In this document: piece by piece, positions 22,991 through 34,420 of the stretch | How the letters are laid out: every line of letters starts with the position of its first letter | Numbering within the stretch: position 1 is the stretch's first letter | From: Octopus bimaculoides | Taxonomy: Eukaryota | NCBI RefSeq assembly: GCF_001194135.2 | Contig: NC_068984.1 | Coordinates: forward strand, 107,002,396 to 107,045,389 | Direction of reading: 5' to 3' | Length of the DNA stretch: 42,994 nt | Program-made: the position numbers and the translations under genes | The notes under the pieces: generated by a model | Told to the model about the DNA's origin: nothing | Database searches by the model: none | The model's input: only the letters and a program-made list of their open reading frames with translations

Positions 22991-22993
<3 letters not shown>
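22421..22993. mobile_element. Foldback/MITE-like element: long imperfect inverted repeats enclosing (TA)n-gap-(TAGA)n
   Basis: Left arm 22421-22548 and right arm 22835-22993 are reverse complements: a ~65-bp unique part with about five mismatches, an internal CA/TG tract of unequal length, and GAGTATTTATATGTACGTGT. TA occurs at both outer ends. Confidence 0.65.
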
Positions 22994-23022
<29 letters not shown>

Positions 23023-23671
23023 CACTGCGTATTTTTGGCACCTTCGCTCATCTTCGCACGTTGTTGTTTTAACCACCACTTACCGTTACTCATATATGGA
23101 AATTTATTTATTTATTTTATAAGAATTTCCTTCAAGCTACGCTTCTTCTACAATACCTGTTCATAATTCAAAGATTGTAGATTTAGAAGATTAAATGTTT
23201 AGCAAAAATAGCCCCTAAAAGCTCTTAAGAATAACTTATGAAAACATATTTTAAAATAAGTTTATATCAATATGTTGACAAAAGATCTTCAAAAATATGA
23301 AACGCAGTCTATTTTCAACTATAACTGGCGGGTAAGTATTAATCCTAAAAAAAAAAAAACTGATTTTATATTACTTTTGTCTTCAAAGTGAATTTGTTCT
23401 CCATAAAAGAATTTAAAGTTGATATATCCTGCTGACAGTATGGAACGATATCCTAACTGAAATTAATCTGACAATAAAAGACATGTCTATGTAAATGATT
23501 ATTTTTAACTTTTAAAGTATGATTTATATCGTTAAATGCCCGCAGTAACAGTTTACGTTATATCGTTACGGTATATAGAAACATTATTTCACCGTTGTAT
23601 ATTAGATTTTAATAGTTAAAGCTATTACAAAGTTTTTCCAAAGATATCTTAATTATAATAAATTAGAGATG

Positions 23672-23883
23672 ATTATTATTATTATTATTATTATGTTGTT
23701 CAGTAGTTTTATTTTTATAACGTGCTTTCACTTCACTACCGAGCGCAGCTCTGTGTGCCTTGGGTATGTGCTGTGGTTTGCTGTGATGCTCTTATGGTTA
23801 CTGTATTGAAAGTGTTTTGCGTAGGATGTGTGCAGTGCCCAGTAGTGCAATATTCTGTATGTTATATATATTTGTAAGTCCTG
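23672..23883 (-). mobile_element. R4/Dong-clade 3' end, same family as copy B (2821-3562)
   Basis: Close match to ~2845-3030 (gtgctttc...ctaccga.cgcagctctgtgtg...ttgaaagtgtttt...ggatgtgtgc.gtgcc.agtagtgc). (TTA)n lies on both sides. Confidence 0.88.
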
Positions 23884-23901
23884 TATTATTATTATTATTA
23901 A

Positions 23902-23937
<36 letters not shown>

Positions 23938-23947
23938 CATTATTATG

Positions 23948-24012
<65 letters not shown>
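23884..24012. repeat. (TTA)n microsatellite
   Basis: Direct inspection. Confidence 0.95.
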
Positions 24013-24013
24013 C

Positions 24014-24236
24014 AAGCTGTGAGCTGGCAGAAACGTTAGCACACCGGACGAAGTGCTTAATGGTATTTCACCCGTCACTATGTTCTGAGATCAAATTCCG
24101 CTGAGGTCGACTTTCATTCTTTCGGGGTCGATAAATTAAGTACCAGCTGCGTATTGGGATCGATCAAGTCGTCTGGTCCCTTCCCCAAAAATTTCAGGCC
24201 TTGTCCCTGTGGTAGAAAGGTTTATTGTTATCATTA
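24014..24236 (+). mobile_element. tRNA-derived SINE, full length
   Basis: GAGCTGGCAGAAACGTTAGC head, GATCAAATTCC B-box-like motif, GGGGTCGATAAATTAAGTACCAG core and CCCCAAAAATTTCAGGCCTTGT...GTAGAAAGG tail. Confidence 0.9.
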
Positions 24237-24279
24237 TCTTATAATAATTCAGCTTGACATTGCATTGCTTAACCCATGG

Positions 24280-24623
24280 GTAACGCTTTCACATGATTAG
24301 AGGAAAAAAGGGAAAACGAAAAGAGGGAGAAAGAGGGAGAGAGCGGAAGTGGGAAGGAGAAAAAGAAGGAAAGAGAAGTGTCCATGACATGAGGTAGAGA
24401 GAATATCATTGTAACGCTTTCACATGATGAATTGAAGGGAAAGAAAAGAGAAAGAAAAAAGAGAGACAAAAGGAGGATAAGATGAAGAGTGAGACAGAAA
24501 GAAAGAGAAATAAAACAGAGACAGGGAAAAAAGAGAGAGAAAAAAGAGAGAGAAAGTAAAAGATAGACAGTGAAAAAGACCGAGAGAGAAAAGACAGAGA
24601 GAAGCGTCCATGACATGAGGTAG
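24280..24623. repeat. A-B-A-B box array separated by polypurine spacers
   Basis: Box A GTAACGCTTTCACATGAT at 24280 and 24411. Box B GAGAAG(T/C)GTCCATGACATGAGGTAG at 24373 and 24599. Confidence 0.85.
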
Positions 24624-24704
24624 GGGGTACGTAATAATTTTATCCAAGGGCTGATGTTCTAATGGTGAAGCTAAAGAAAGGCAGATAGATAGAGGGGAGA
24701 CAGA

Positions 24705-24805
24705 GAGGAGAGAGAGAAAGATAGGAGAGAGAGAAAGATAGGAGAGAGAGAAAGGTAGGAGAGAGAGAAAGATAGGAGAGAGAGAAAGATAGGAGAGAGA
24801 GGTAG
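24705..24805. repeat. Purine-rich minisatellite (~17-19 bp, GAGAGAGAAAGATAGGA)x5
   Basis: Direct inspection. Confidence 0.8.
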
Positions 24806-25299
24806 AGGGAGATGATGATGATGGTGTTGGTGTTGATGGTGGTGGTTATTGGTTAGTGAAAAATGTATATTTTAAAAAATTGAACCAAGTTTTTATATCA
24901 CCTATCACTTAACTCATGCACCTAAGTGCAATTCCATGAAATATTCACGTGGCAGATATATTCAATTTAACTTAAGGTTGTATCATATGTACAGGATTTT
25001 TTCTTTTTATGGGGATAATGGAAAAATAATAGCAAATACTTTATTTAGTCTATACAATTGTGCATAAAGTATATAAAGTGTATATATAAAGTGCATTATC
25101 ATCGCTTTTCAATTCATTTCACTTTTCAATGAATAGCAGAGGAGCGACTATCTTTCCATACAGACACAACACAAGCTACACTTCCAGGTTTTGGGGATAA
25201 AGTTTTCAGAAATAACCCAATAGGTTTGCTATTAATTCCGTGAAATATTCACGGGTCCCCCTAGTTATATTATTGTTATTGTGTGTGTGTGTGTGTGGG

Positions 25300-25600
25300 T
25301 GTATCAAACTAATGAATGACAACAAAAACAGGTGTTAATTACTCTTATCAGCTTAAACCTCTTTCCCCTATCACAACGTTCACTATTTCCCTCTCGTTCT
25401 GGTCTAACGACCTTCCATGTTTGTTTTCGTTCGGTTTCCTTGTATGTCTCTACTGTCCTGTTTTTATTGCAACTTTGGCCCTCCATAAATCCAAAATTAT
25501 ATCATGGTATTTATGAGAGCAACTGTCTTCGAAGACTCATATTGTCTATCTACTCTTCGAAATGAGGAGTAGATAGACAGCCGACAACTGATGAAGGGTC
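25300..25600 (+). mobile_element. Probable Penelope-like terminal-repeat fragment with strong hairpin and truncated hammerhead
   Basis: 16-bp stem TGTCTATCTACTCTTC/GAGGAGTAGATAGACA (25543-25579), followed by CTGATGA (25588-25594). No downstream GAAAC was seen. Confidence 0.35.
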
Positions 25601-25913
25601 GTTCTACGTGTTACTATATATATAAAGTTCGCCAATAAATTTCATAAGTCAGAAAATAACAGCCATTCTAGTGAGTAATAGGGTGTATATATTACTTATA
25701 CAATATTATAAACTTATCTCATTACAACCACTTCATGTTGCAGAATATTTTTGTGAACATGAACTTTCCAAATTTAGAAAGGTATATTTACAATCATCAG
25801 CCATATGCGATGACTGTTAATTTACTTTTCCACTCAAGGAAACTTCATTAACATGAAACCATTCGGTAATACGGATCGGTTATTATAAGACTAAATTTAC
25901 ATTACCGTATAAA

Positions 25914-25915
<2 letters not shown>

Positions 25916-25976
<61 letters not shown>
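25916..25976. repeat. (GT)n microsatellite
   Basis: Direct inspection. Confidence 0.95.
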
Positions 25977-25978
<2 letters not shown>

Positions 25979-27031
25979 CAAAATTAAACTTTTTTCAGAA
26001 AACTAACGAAATTAATACTTTGCCCGCATTTTCATTTCATTTTTTTTAGTTTTCATAGACACATATGGAAAATAGAATTCCAGCTTGACAATATAAACAA
26101 AGCTTTTTAAACATTTTGTTTAATATGGATTTTATGAAAATCCTTCGTATTTTGTCTGCAACTTTGCAAATATGATCAATTCTATTCAGTTCACCGTATC
26201 AGCTAAATTGTTTCGTTTTTAATCGAATTATTCAATAATAACAAAGCAAAGAGGATATTTTTTCTGCTTATTCAATATCTGAGATTTGTTTATTTTTTTT
26301 CTCTCTGTAAACTAATTACAGACCTTTGGCTATAGAGATGTGGCGCAACAAAAACTGAAATGAATAACTTATTTAATAAAAAAAATGTATACACACAAGT
26401 TGGCGATAAAATATTTCACCATTGCTTTATTTTGTAAAGAATATAAATACTTTTTTTACGAGGCGAACAAAATGATTTATTTTTCAGGTGCCTTGAAGAT
26501 GCTGTTTGTGTCTTGACTTTTGTTTAGAGATATTGCTAGACACAAGGAGGCTGACTTCTGATAAATATAATTCAATTGTGCTAATCTCTCAGATAGTTCC
26601 AAACGTATTTATTCAAAACTACAACAGTTTTCTTTTATAATTCCTGCTAAATTTAAAACTTCAAATTCATGTCACAAATGCAAAATTTCTCAACTAGCGA
26701 AGAGAAATATCGTTCTGAGTAAATTATTGTATCTCTCAGAAAAAAAGATATTGCAAATAACAATAGCCTTGGGCAGACGAATAACCTTCAGATTTACGAG
26801 TATTTAATTAGCCTATAAAGCTGTTCATAAACGTTGGATACTACAAGAAATTTTGTAAGATTTTAATGTGGTTTGTCCAATATACTGCAGCTACTCAAGA
26901 GACAGAGATGTTCTGTTGCATACTGAATCTAGCTTATAACAACATAACGACTCATGTTATCGCAGTAATGATTTTATTTAATACAAATGATATATTAATT
27001 TCACTAAAACTACTACTTGCATGCCCAATAA

Positions 27032-29247
27032 CACCGGGCAACAAAAAAAGATTTATTGTGTGTTACCCAGACATATGGTGCTGTACTAAACTAAATCCAG
27101 TACGCTGATTTCAAATCTGAAGTCAGAGTTGATGTAGCACGTCAGGAGTTTGAATTATGCGCATAATCATATACCATATCAGACTCAGGAATATTTAGGT
27201 TCAAGGTAAATAATTATGATAATAGTAAGTCTATTATAATAGTAAATTTATGTCCAAGGCAAATATTATTATAATATGATGATTCATAGTATATTTATGT
27301 TAAGGGAATACTCTTTTTTTTATATGCTGAGCTCAGAAATGTTTGAGAAACTTTCTCTTGCGCTTATGCATCGTGCGGTCTCCCGTTGTAGGAACCAGCA
27401 GGAGTCACCCATCATGTGCGGATTGAACCGGTCTTGATACCTAGTTGCCATCTCAGATATGTCCTGCTGGAACCTCCCACTATGCTCCTCACTAAGGGCA
27501 CCAAAATTCGTTGGGAAAAAATCGAGATGAGAACGCAAGACGTGCATTTTAAGGGACATTCGACATGCTATTCTTTAATACGCTATTAACATGTTGTTTT
27601 TAAATCAGCATAGTTTTCAACTTCCAGGACAGTTCTGTACAACTAAAACGAACGAATTCCATAACGTCAGCTCAACTGGATTCAGTTTATCTCTGAATTT
27701 GCTATCAGGTACCAACTCCCTGATCTCGGGTCCAATGAAAATGCTTGCTTTCAGTTTTGCGTCACTTTTCTCTGCAGCAAATTTTACTTTTAGGAACTAG
27801 AAGCCACAACCATCGTCTGTCATTGTTGTAACGAATTTTTTCATGAGACCGAGTTAAATGTGAAGGGATGGAAGGAAGATCTTTTACGGGTCTACCAGTG
27901 GCATATGCTGCACACTGTACCGACCAACTATGCACTCATCTTTTTTACAGTGTAATGATTGCTGTTGTCGCGGCTGTTCCGAACACACAAGAAGCACATA
28001 TTTTTGGGTATAACCCAGTTGCAATCCTAGGAGGAGGCAATTCACCTTTAAATCATCACAAATATTCCACTTGTGAAGTAAGTAATTAACTCCTTTCAGA
28101 AAGAGTTCCATCGTTTCATAGGTTTCTTCTATACCGACATTACCCACAAGAGTGGAAGTCTTTTCATTACCATTATGTGACAACACAGCTTTGAGGCTAA
28201 CCTTATTCGAGTCGATAAACAATCTCCATTCGTTAGCGACATGCACGTGTCCTAGTCTTTGCATGAGTGCATTAACGTCAGTACAGAAACAAGCATTATT
28301 TTCTCGCTTGAAAAAGACAGATAAGCCTTCATGGTGAGAACGGAAAATGGACATTTTCATACCTTGCTGTAGGAGATTCCGTTGTTGTAGTTTGGATCCC
28401 AAAACTTCTGCCCTCTCCTTTGACAATGCTAGGTCTCTTACTAAATCGTTCAAATCTTCTTGATTAAACTAGCCTGGCTCATTTTTCTTAAAATCACCTA
28501 CGTACTCTTCGTCAATAGAAGAGTCAAGGTGTTCATCGTGCTACGTGTCAAGATTTTGAAGTGAAACTTGTGAGAGGGGAACTGGGAACGGTTTTAGAGT
28601 TGACTTACAATCTGCATACACAAATTTTGCTTTGGTCTTCTTTGAGAAACCACTAATATTAGTCATACAAAAGTAACAATCAGAGAAATGATTGGTTGTC
28701 ACGCCATACCATTGGTACAGCAAAGGGCATTCCCTTACGTTTTCCATTCAATCACTGTATTAACCTGGAGTGACATACAGTGCCGCATATATGAGGTGCC
28801 CACCTCTTGTCTTGTTCCCCAACTTTTCACCCCACGAAGTAACAATTATAGGCAATTTTTTATTTTGTGGCAATTTTCCAGACATAACAAAAGTTGTCTG
28901 GGTGATTCACACAGCCTCTCCTCTTCATGATCTAAGACAATGAACACAGTTAAAACAATAATCAAGCAGAGCGAGAGATACACATACCACACGTGACGGC
29001 AGCACAAGCGACACTGAGAGTTACCAAGAACAAACTGACGTATTTGGCATTGCACACAATATGTCAGCGCTGTCTATTGCTAAACTAAATAATGAACTTT
29101 CTCATCATTTGTTTTATTGCTGTTATTTCTTTAATTTTGAGTTAAACCTGCCCTCTGAAATGAAACGTGGGCAGATATCAAAATTCATTATTGGAGTTTG
29201 CAGTTTTGTCGATGTTATGTTCGCAAATTTGCCTATAGCCTTCAGTG
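27032..29247 (-). mobile_element. Chapaev3 (CMC superfamily) DNA transposon, near full length, defective
   Basis: Minus strand: MKRRGCVNHPDNFCYV...AYNCYF...QDKRWAPHICGTVC...MPFAVPMVW..TNHFSDCYFC (Chapa zinc-finger region), NDLVRDLALSKERAEVLGS, EWRLFIDSNKVSLKAVLSHNGN, WNICDDLKV, LPSLHI*LGLMKKFV, IFIGPEIR, MSLKMHVLRSHLDFFP, RFQQDI. The left end TAA|CACCGGGCAACAAA at 27032 fits CAC termini with a TWA target site. The right end (CAGTG, 29247) is tentative. Confidence 0.85.
27884..28453 (-). pseudogene. Chapaev3 transposase core fragment (189-aa ORF)
   Basis: From the ORF track. Contains WRLFIDS...LKAVL.HNGN and ICDDLKV, with a frameshift near its C-terminus. Confidence 0.85.
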
Positions 29248-30520
29248 CTGTGCTGTGATTGTTACAAGTTATTATTTAAGATATATACAACCCACTTATC
29301 CAAAGCTACGGCTCAGAGCTATTTGCAACTAAGAGTTGTATCGTATAGCAGATGCATTTCGTTTAGTAATCAAGTTCTGTTCATATCACATAATGAGCAA
29401 TGTAATAATCAACTCGCGGCTGTGAAAATTAGATCAAACGACAATGTATTATATATTTTAATAAGAACAAATCGATTTTGAAGAGAAAGAGTAGTTGATA
29501 TAATTTACCTCTGCAAATTAGAGGAACTGATTTGAACTAATGTTGTATTCTCTACATAGTCGTTTGACTATCAGAGAAATGGCAGTTAAAATATCCTTAA
29601 TATTTTTCCGTTGTAAAAATGAATACACTAACAGAAAGAAAGACAAGACAGACAAGGCTAACAGATTTGTGAATACCGACCTGTCTTGTGATCTGGGCTG
29701 AACTTGTGTTGATATCTCGTGTTTTTGCTCAGCAACAGAGCCGACAACGACAACTTCAGCAACAATGCGGGAACCTAATTTTATCAACTGATGATATAGG
29801 AACAAATCATTGACATCCCTAGGAAATTAATTTAAGGCGCAGAGAAACTATACGAAATATTTTAAGACATTTAGCTCCACGATATGGAGTTTTGCTATTT
29901 TCTTATCCATTTGCTTGAGATAAGTATTGATTCACTGACGGATTAATTACTGTTGGTGTTGAAAGGTGTATCATTATAACTGCTATATTTAGAAGTTGAA
30001 GTCTTGGTTTCAAAAGCAATGTGTGATAGAAATTCATCTGTAGTGTCTCTCTGCTGTTTTGGAATATTGTATTAAAATCTATATTCTCCGCTTACCGAAC
30101 GGAAATATATATGGAAGCCAAACCTCTACAAAGTTTGTGGAGTTTTCAATAGATAAGGCACATAACTGTTGCCGTTTATTCAGTCTAACAGTGAGTAAAT
30201 TTTAAATGATTATACCTTTAATGGTTGCATGTCGCGGAAACAATGCGTTATCAATAAACACATCCTTCAATTGCAATAAGCTGCTATGTTAAGTGAATAT
30301 ACAATCAGGAAGTATAAGAGTTTGATTTACAAAAGAAACACTCAACTGTAACCTACTTAATAAATTTTATCGGCAGAATACTAGAGTAAATCCGATGGCA
30401 ATATAAAACATTAAGGTGAAAAGCAACTCGCAACTAGGTGTCTTGTATAAAAGAAATGGCAAGCAGAAACTTCTAGAGAATTGGATGGAAGGTAGACAAA
30501 AACGAAAGAAGCAAGAGAAA

Positions 30521-30680
30521 TATCCTTTTCTACTCTAGGCACAAGGCTCCAAATTTTTTTTAGGGGTGCGGTGCCAGTCGATTAGATCGACCCCAGTACG
30601 CAACTGGTACTTAATTTATCCACCCCGAAAGGATGAAAGGCAAAGTCGACCACTGCGGGATTTGAACGCAGAACATAAAG
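30521..30680 (-). mobile_element. tRNA-derived SINE, 5'-truncated
   Basis: ctttctactctaggcacaagg tail, gatcgaccccagtacgcaactggtacttaattt core and gaaaggatgaaaggcaaagtcgac. Confidence 0.88.
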
Positions 30681-30927
30681 AAAGGAAACTTTGGAAAACT
30701 TTCGATACTGTCCTCGGCGTTATTCGAACTTAGATCATAAAAGAATACTGTTATATGAAACAGAAGAATAGTGTCCACCTAGGACAGATTTGAATTCAGA
30801 ATATAAAATAATACATGTAAATGCATAAAAAGATCTACGTCGACCTAGACGTAATTCAAAATCGGAACATAAGGTCAATTCAACTAAAATGCGACTAAGT
30901 TGAGCTGGGCGAGATTCGAACTCGGAA

Positions 30928-30928
<1 letters not shown>

Positions 30929-31014
<86 letters not shown>
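30929..31014. repeat. (TG)n microsatellite
   Basis: Direct inspection. Confidence 0.95.
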
Positions 31015-31018
<4 letters not shown>

Positions 31019-31969
31019 TGCGTATTCTAATCGGTGGGTCTCCCCGTCAATCAGTTCAATGAATGAATTGATAAAATTAAACAAAAAATAACTCACACTA
31101 AACCTCTCACATGCGGTTTTTTTACTGTGTATATATATATATTCCACTACATTTACAACTAGTTCTACTACTACTACTGCGAAGATTAACTGGTTTAAGG
31201 GAGCAGGTTATATTGAATTAATGATAAGTAACAGAGAAAAGAAATGATGTACGTACAAGCAAGCGGTTTCTATCGTCCAAAAGCTCTGTTTTGGCGTCTG
31301 GTTTAAAACATGTCAATCCACGAATGTATGTATCGTCCTTGAACTTAGTATCAAAATCAGTTACTGAGGAAGCTGATTGTCCTAGCACGAAGGTAATGTC
31401 TTTGCAGGGCTGATTTAGTTGAACATGAAATCCGAGTTACGATCCCATTTTATAATCTCATCTAATTTTCATACATAGTCATACTATGAAGAGGACATAA
31501 TTTTCCTATGTTCAAGATATTATGAAAAGTGTTAGTTATGCAGATAACGGAAATTAATTTCTAACAAAAAAGTGAAATTAAGAAGTAATTTCTTACTCTA
31601 CACTAATTGCTGTTTCCAAAGTATATTAGGAAAAGTGTTAAAATTTACATGGGATAGGAAATGAGATTCTGACATATTCTGCTCATATCATGTTATGATT
31701 CTTAACTCGTTTAGATGTTAAAGCTTTGTGCTTTTGTTTCGTTTCTGTTTATGTTACGTTTCAATTCTTACTCCGACAAAATATTGCAGTTTAATAGGAA
31801 AGGGCTTCTGCGAAGTATTTTCATTATATGTGAAAAACAAAGCAAAGCGGAAGCGGGTAAAGAAAAAAGATCACTCTGAGATGGCTGTGAAGCACATAAT
31901 CCAAAGCTGAATTTAAAATACATTTTTTATCGATGCATAAGATCAAAGGTTTCTCAACTGAGATTATTA

Positions 31970-32260
31970 TTATGCAGAATATGTAGCGGCTGTGAAGAAA
32001 CAAACAAACATATTGTTCTTGGCTGCCCAGTCTTATTCAAAAGAAATATGTATACAGAGACAACAGAATTGGAATTTTCATACACGAGAAATTATGCCAA
32101 TATTATGTAATAAGATGATTGTACAAACCTGCATCACAAAAGGTGTCATATTATGGAAAATCGACTGCCATATTCTTATAGATAACAATTTCTACAGACA
32201 GGGAGATTAATAATAAGTGCCTTGAAAATTATTTATGAACAAACAAGAGAGAAAGAGTCT
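31970..32260 (+). mobile_element. Old R4/Dong-clade fragment (CCHC zinc knuckle to RLE start)
   Basis: CRICSGCEETNKHIVLGCPVL (31973-32035, C-X2-C-X8-H-X4-C), then frameshifted YVYRDNRIGIFIHEKLCQYY and KGVILW. It starts at an (ATT) run. Confidence 0.7.
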
Positions 32261-32739
32261 TACAAATACATGTTGAAAACACCAAATCCAACATAATGAA
32301 TACAGCCAAACTGGCAACAAAGCATATATAATGGATAGTGTACTTTCATTACAACAGAATCACAGAAAGCTAAATCAAAAGAAAATAAACTTCGATGTAA
32401 TGCAATAAATTATTTTATGGCTGGAACGTGTAAAATACCATTAGCGATACAAGAGTTTCAAAAGTTTTTAAAGAAAATTTTCAGCACAGTGAAGAAGCCA
32501 GCAATGAAATTTTATGCAGAACAAAGAAAAGTGATGGTGTGAAATGTGTCAGGATTATGACAGACAAGTATAAGAAAATAAGTGTTAAACCGAGATGTCA
32601 TGTTGGCATCGAAAATAATTGAGTAGATTCGTGATGAACAGTTTAGAGAAAAAGAGGGTTATAGATGTATTATATAACTGTGTTTATGTGAGTGTGTGCC
32701 TGTCAGTGTATGTTGATGCATGTATATTTGTGGGTATCA

Positions 32740-34420
32740 ATTTCAATTCGACTAAAATGACATTTGAAAAATACTAGATGTCCAAATTAAATCGAAAATC
32801 TGAAGCAGGTAACAACCTCTACAATGCAAACAAAAATGCCACCATCTAGGTAGATGTAAAGGAACTTACCAACAAGAGATCTTTTACAATGATCCACCTT
32901 GTTGGGAAAGGGCTGCTGACAAGTATCTACAAGCATTGTTTAAATAGTTCAGGCTACTTGTTGAAAAACAGGGTTAAACAGCATAACATTTGACAATTCT
33001 GTTTTAAAGCACAAAATAGGACTTAGCCTGCTAATCCAGGCTGATTCATTTAGCATCAAAAATGTTCAAAGATTCCTAAAGGGAATGTTAAGAAATAACA
33101 AGGCACCAGGTTCAGATAATATACCAGCCATCAGCTGGAAGAATCGTCTCTTCCACAAACGTCTGGTAGACCTCTGTATAACACTTTATAAAATGAATAA
33201 ACCATCATCATTCTTAAAGTATTCAGCTTTTTCACTTTCAAGGAATGGTGAACATTAACTACTTCAAAAATCTACCAGTCTCTTCTCCTTAAGTGAATTT
33301 ACTTTCATATCAATCCCATCCGGTGATGAACCAAACCTGCTTTAGCGAAGAAAGATGAACATTCCTACAGGTCTTAGCCCCTAGAACAATTATAGATGAG
33401 TCCTGTGAAATTATCAAATTCTATTAACATATTTCTTCAAAGGCCTTTCTTCAGTAGTAACAGCAAGGCTAAAACATTATATATCCTAAGATTACAAAGC
33501 CATCCTCATCACATATGGAAACCTATTAAGCTACGTTGGAATCACATGTAGTCCAACTAAAGAGTTTACAACAATAGCAGGAATCCTTCAGATAAACACC
33601 CTAGCTCCTTTGAGACAAAGTCTTGAATTTATCCAAGACGAAGGTCTCCCTTTCAAACAGAAGCGTTCAAGAGCCTGGCATCACTATGATGTTGTCTATT
33701 CTGATGATCTTGCCTTCAGAGTTACTCAGCTGTTTCATGCGTGAGATTTGTTCAACATCTATGAAGAATGCTGCATTCAAAGTGGGTTTTTTCCTCAATG
33801 TAAAAATCTGAGGATATGACCACCAATATCGATGGAAGCAACCTGTAAATTGGTTTCAGGGATGTCACACAGTTCGGCCAGTGACTTCAAGTACCTTAGG
33901 TCCAAAGTTGCTTTCCCGACATGCAAATAGCGAAGCTGGAGTAACTGTAACGCGCCTCGAAAGTTGTGGCAATCAAACATTTCGAAGTGAACAAGGTTGG
34001 AATTCTTCAGATACGTGTAGAGCATATTCCCCGTCATGGAGCGGAAAACTGAATTCTGAAGAAGTCACTTCGAGGTAACATTGATAGCCAGTACACGAGT
34101 ACGTTAATGAAGTCTCGTATCATTTCACGTGGGTACAAGACGAAAGGAAGATTTATAGAAACATATCTCTGCAATTTGTAACTAGCACTAGACAGATTTT
34201 TCGATGGAAATGTGTAACATAGCATCAACTCTGATAGATACAAGAGTTTCAAACGTTACTGAAGAATTTTTAAATCATTGTAGAGAAGCAAACAGTGAAA
34301 GGTTATGGCACAACATTGAAACATTGTGTCAGTGGCCTCAAGATTGTGATAGCCGTAAATAAAAGAAAGGTTAAGATGGCATGCCAGGTTGGTAAGAAAA
34401 ACAATTGAGTAGGTTAGTAG
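32740..34420 (+). mobile_element. Old, heavily mutated RTE-group (RTE-X-like) LINE, RT region
   Basis: NKAPGSDNIPA.SWK (33097-), GILQINTLAP, DVVYSDDLAF (YSDD 33697-33708), AAFKVGFFLN, DFKYLRSKV, VEHIPRHGAEN*ILKKSL..NIDSQYT. The boundaries are approximate. Confidence 0.75.

Noticed and set aside
24386-24400. let-7 seed-like TGAGGTAG (also ~24616) and miR-124 seed-like TAAGGCAC (~30154)
   Set aside because: Only 8-nt matches. The remainder diverges and there is no precursor hairpin.
24280-24623. CRISPR-like repeat-spacer appearance
   Set aside because: Two alternating boxes with only two copies each, long low-complexity spacers of unequal length, no cas genes and a eukaryotic context.
26506-26545. 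TTGTGTCT/AGACACAA hairpin as a pre-miRNA
   Set aside because: Only an 8-bp firm stem, with poor pairing inside and outside.
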